DNA of 63,714 bases, the filler included, from Licmophora abbreviata (lineage: Eukaryota), in assembly GCA_900291995.1 (NCBI GenBank). It is 18 parts of 18 records of this genome, joined end to end, with 100 filler letters (N's around TTAATTAATTAA, not from the genome) between each part and the next. Parts side by side here need not be neighbours in the genome. Positions count along the whole stretch, not along the records: positions 61,718 to 63,714 come from OLMU01002220.1; 17 more parts are not named here. The stretch is one strand, 5' to 3'. Under the pieces are notes generated by a model that saw only the letters and a list, made by a program, of their open reading frames with translations, was not told the DNA's origin and did no database searches. The position numbers and the translations under genes are program-made. Position 1 is the first letter of the stretch. Each line of letters opens with the position of its first letter. This document shows positions 63,242-63,714 of the stretch, piece after piece.

Positions 63242-63714
63242 GTGCGAGACATCAAGATACCGGGTCAGCGCCACCCCGAAAAGGCGCATCGCCCGGACAA
63301 TGCGCAACCCAAGAAACCCGACTGGATCCGCGTCAAGGCGCCGACCGGGGCGGGGTATCGCGAGACCCACAAGATCATCCGCGAGCACAAGCTGGTGACG
63401 GTCTGCGAAGAGGCCGGCTGCCCCAATGCGGGCGAATGCTGGAGCCAGGGACATGCCACGATGATGATCATGGGCGATGTCTGCACGCGCGGCTGCACCT
63501 TTTGCAACGTGGCCACGGGCAAGCCGGATGCTTTGGATCTGTTCGAGCCGGGCCGGGTGGCCGATGCGGTGCAGAAGCTGGGACTGAACCATGTGGTCAT
63601 CACCAGCGTGGACCGCGACGATATCGACGATGGCGGGGCCGAGCATTTCGCCCAGACCATCCGCGCCGTGCGCCATCGCAGCCCCGGCACCACGATCGAG
63701 ATCCTGACCCCGGA
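63242..63714 (+). CDS. lipA: Lipoyl synthase (runs off window edge)
   Basis: [37 protein letters not shown] start with GGGGAG RBS. Confidence 0.97.
   Translation, partial: MRDIKIPGQRHPEKAHRPDNAQPKKPDWIRVKAPTGAGYRETHKIIREHKLVTVCEEAGCPNAGECWSQGHATMMIMGDVCTRGCTFCNVATGKPDALDLFEPGRVADAVQKLGLNHVVITSVDRDDIDDGGAEHFAQTIRAVRHRSPGTTIEILTP

Overview
GC-rich alphaproteobacterial core-chromosome window; gene content and synteny point to Rhodobacteraceae/Roseobacter group (inference). It is a draft scaffold: 17 artificial 100-nt linkers (N44-TTAATTAATTAA-N44) join contigs, mostly inside genes. Content is mainly housekeeping: RND pump, hybrid kinase, metF-like/methyltransferase cluster, ppx-rlmE, tRNA-Ser(CGA), rplU-rpmA-obgE-proBA, olsBA, guaB, recA, alaS, typA, ssb, frr-uppS-cdsA-dxr-rseP-bamA-skp-fabZ-lpxA-lpxI-lpxB, mnmA, ligA-recG, hisI, trmFO, rplM-rpsI, ppk2, lipA. 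The CckA-ChpT-CtrA relay, SciP and a GafA-like GTA activator are also here, with CtrA boxes at their promoters. No CRISPR, IS or prophage is visible. The most interesting signals are missed by the ORF track: (1) a 40-aa membrane microprotein behind LexA boxes after recG, with a long structured 3' tail; (2) three dispersed, indel-free 82-bp intergenic elements with 11-bp-phased motifs; (3) a 36-bp-period triple repeat after ctrA; (4) a hydroxypyruvate-isomerase-family gene collapsed by internal deletion next to tRNA-Ser; (5) further unannotated small ORFs. All product calls come from motif recognition by eye, not database searches.
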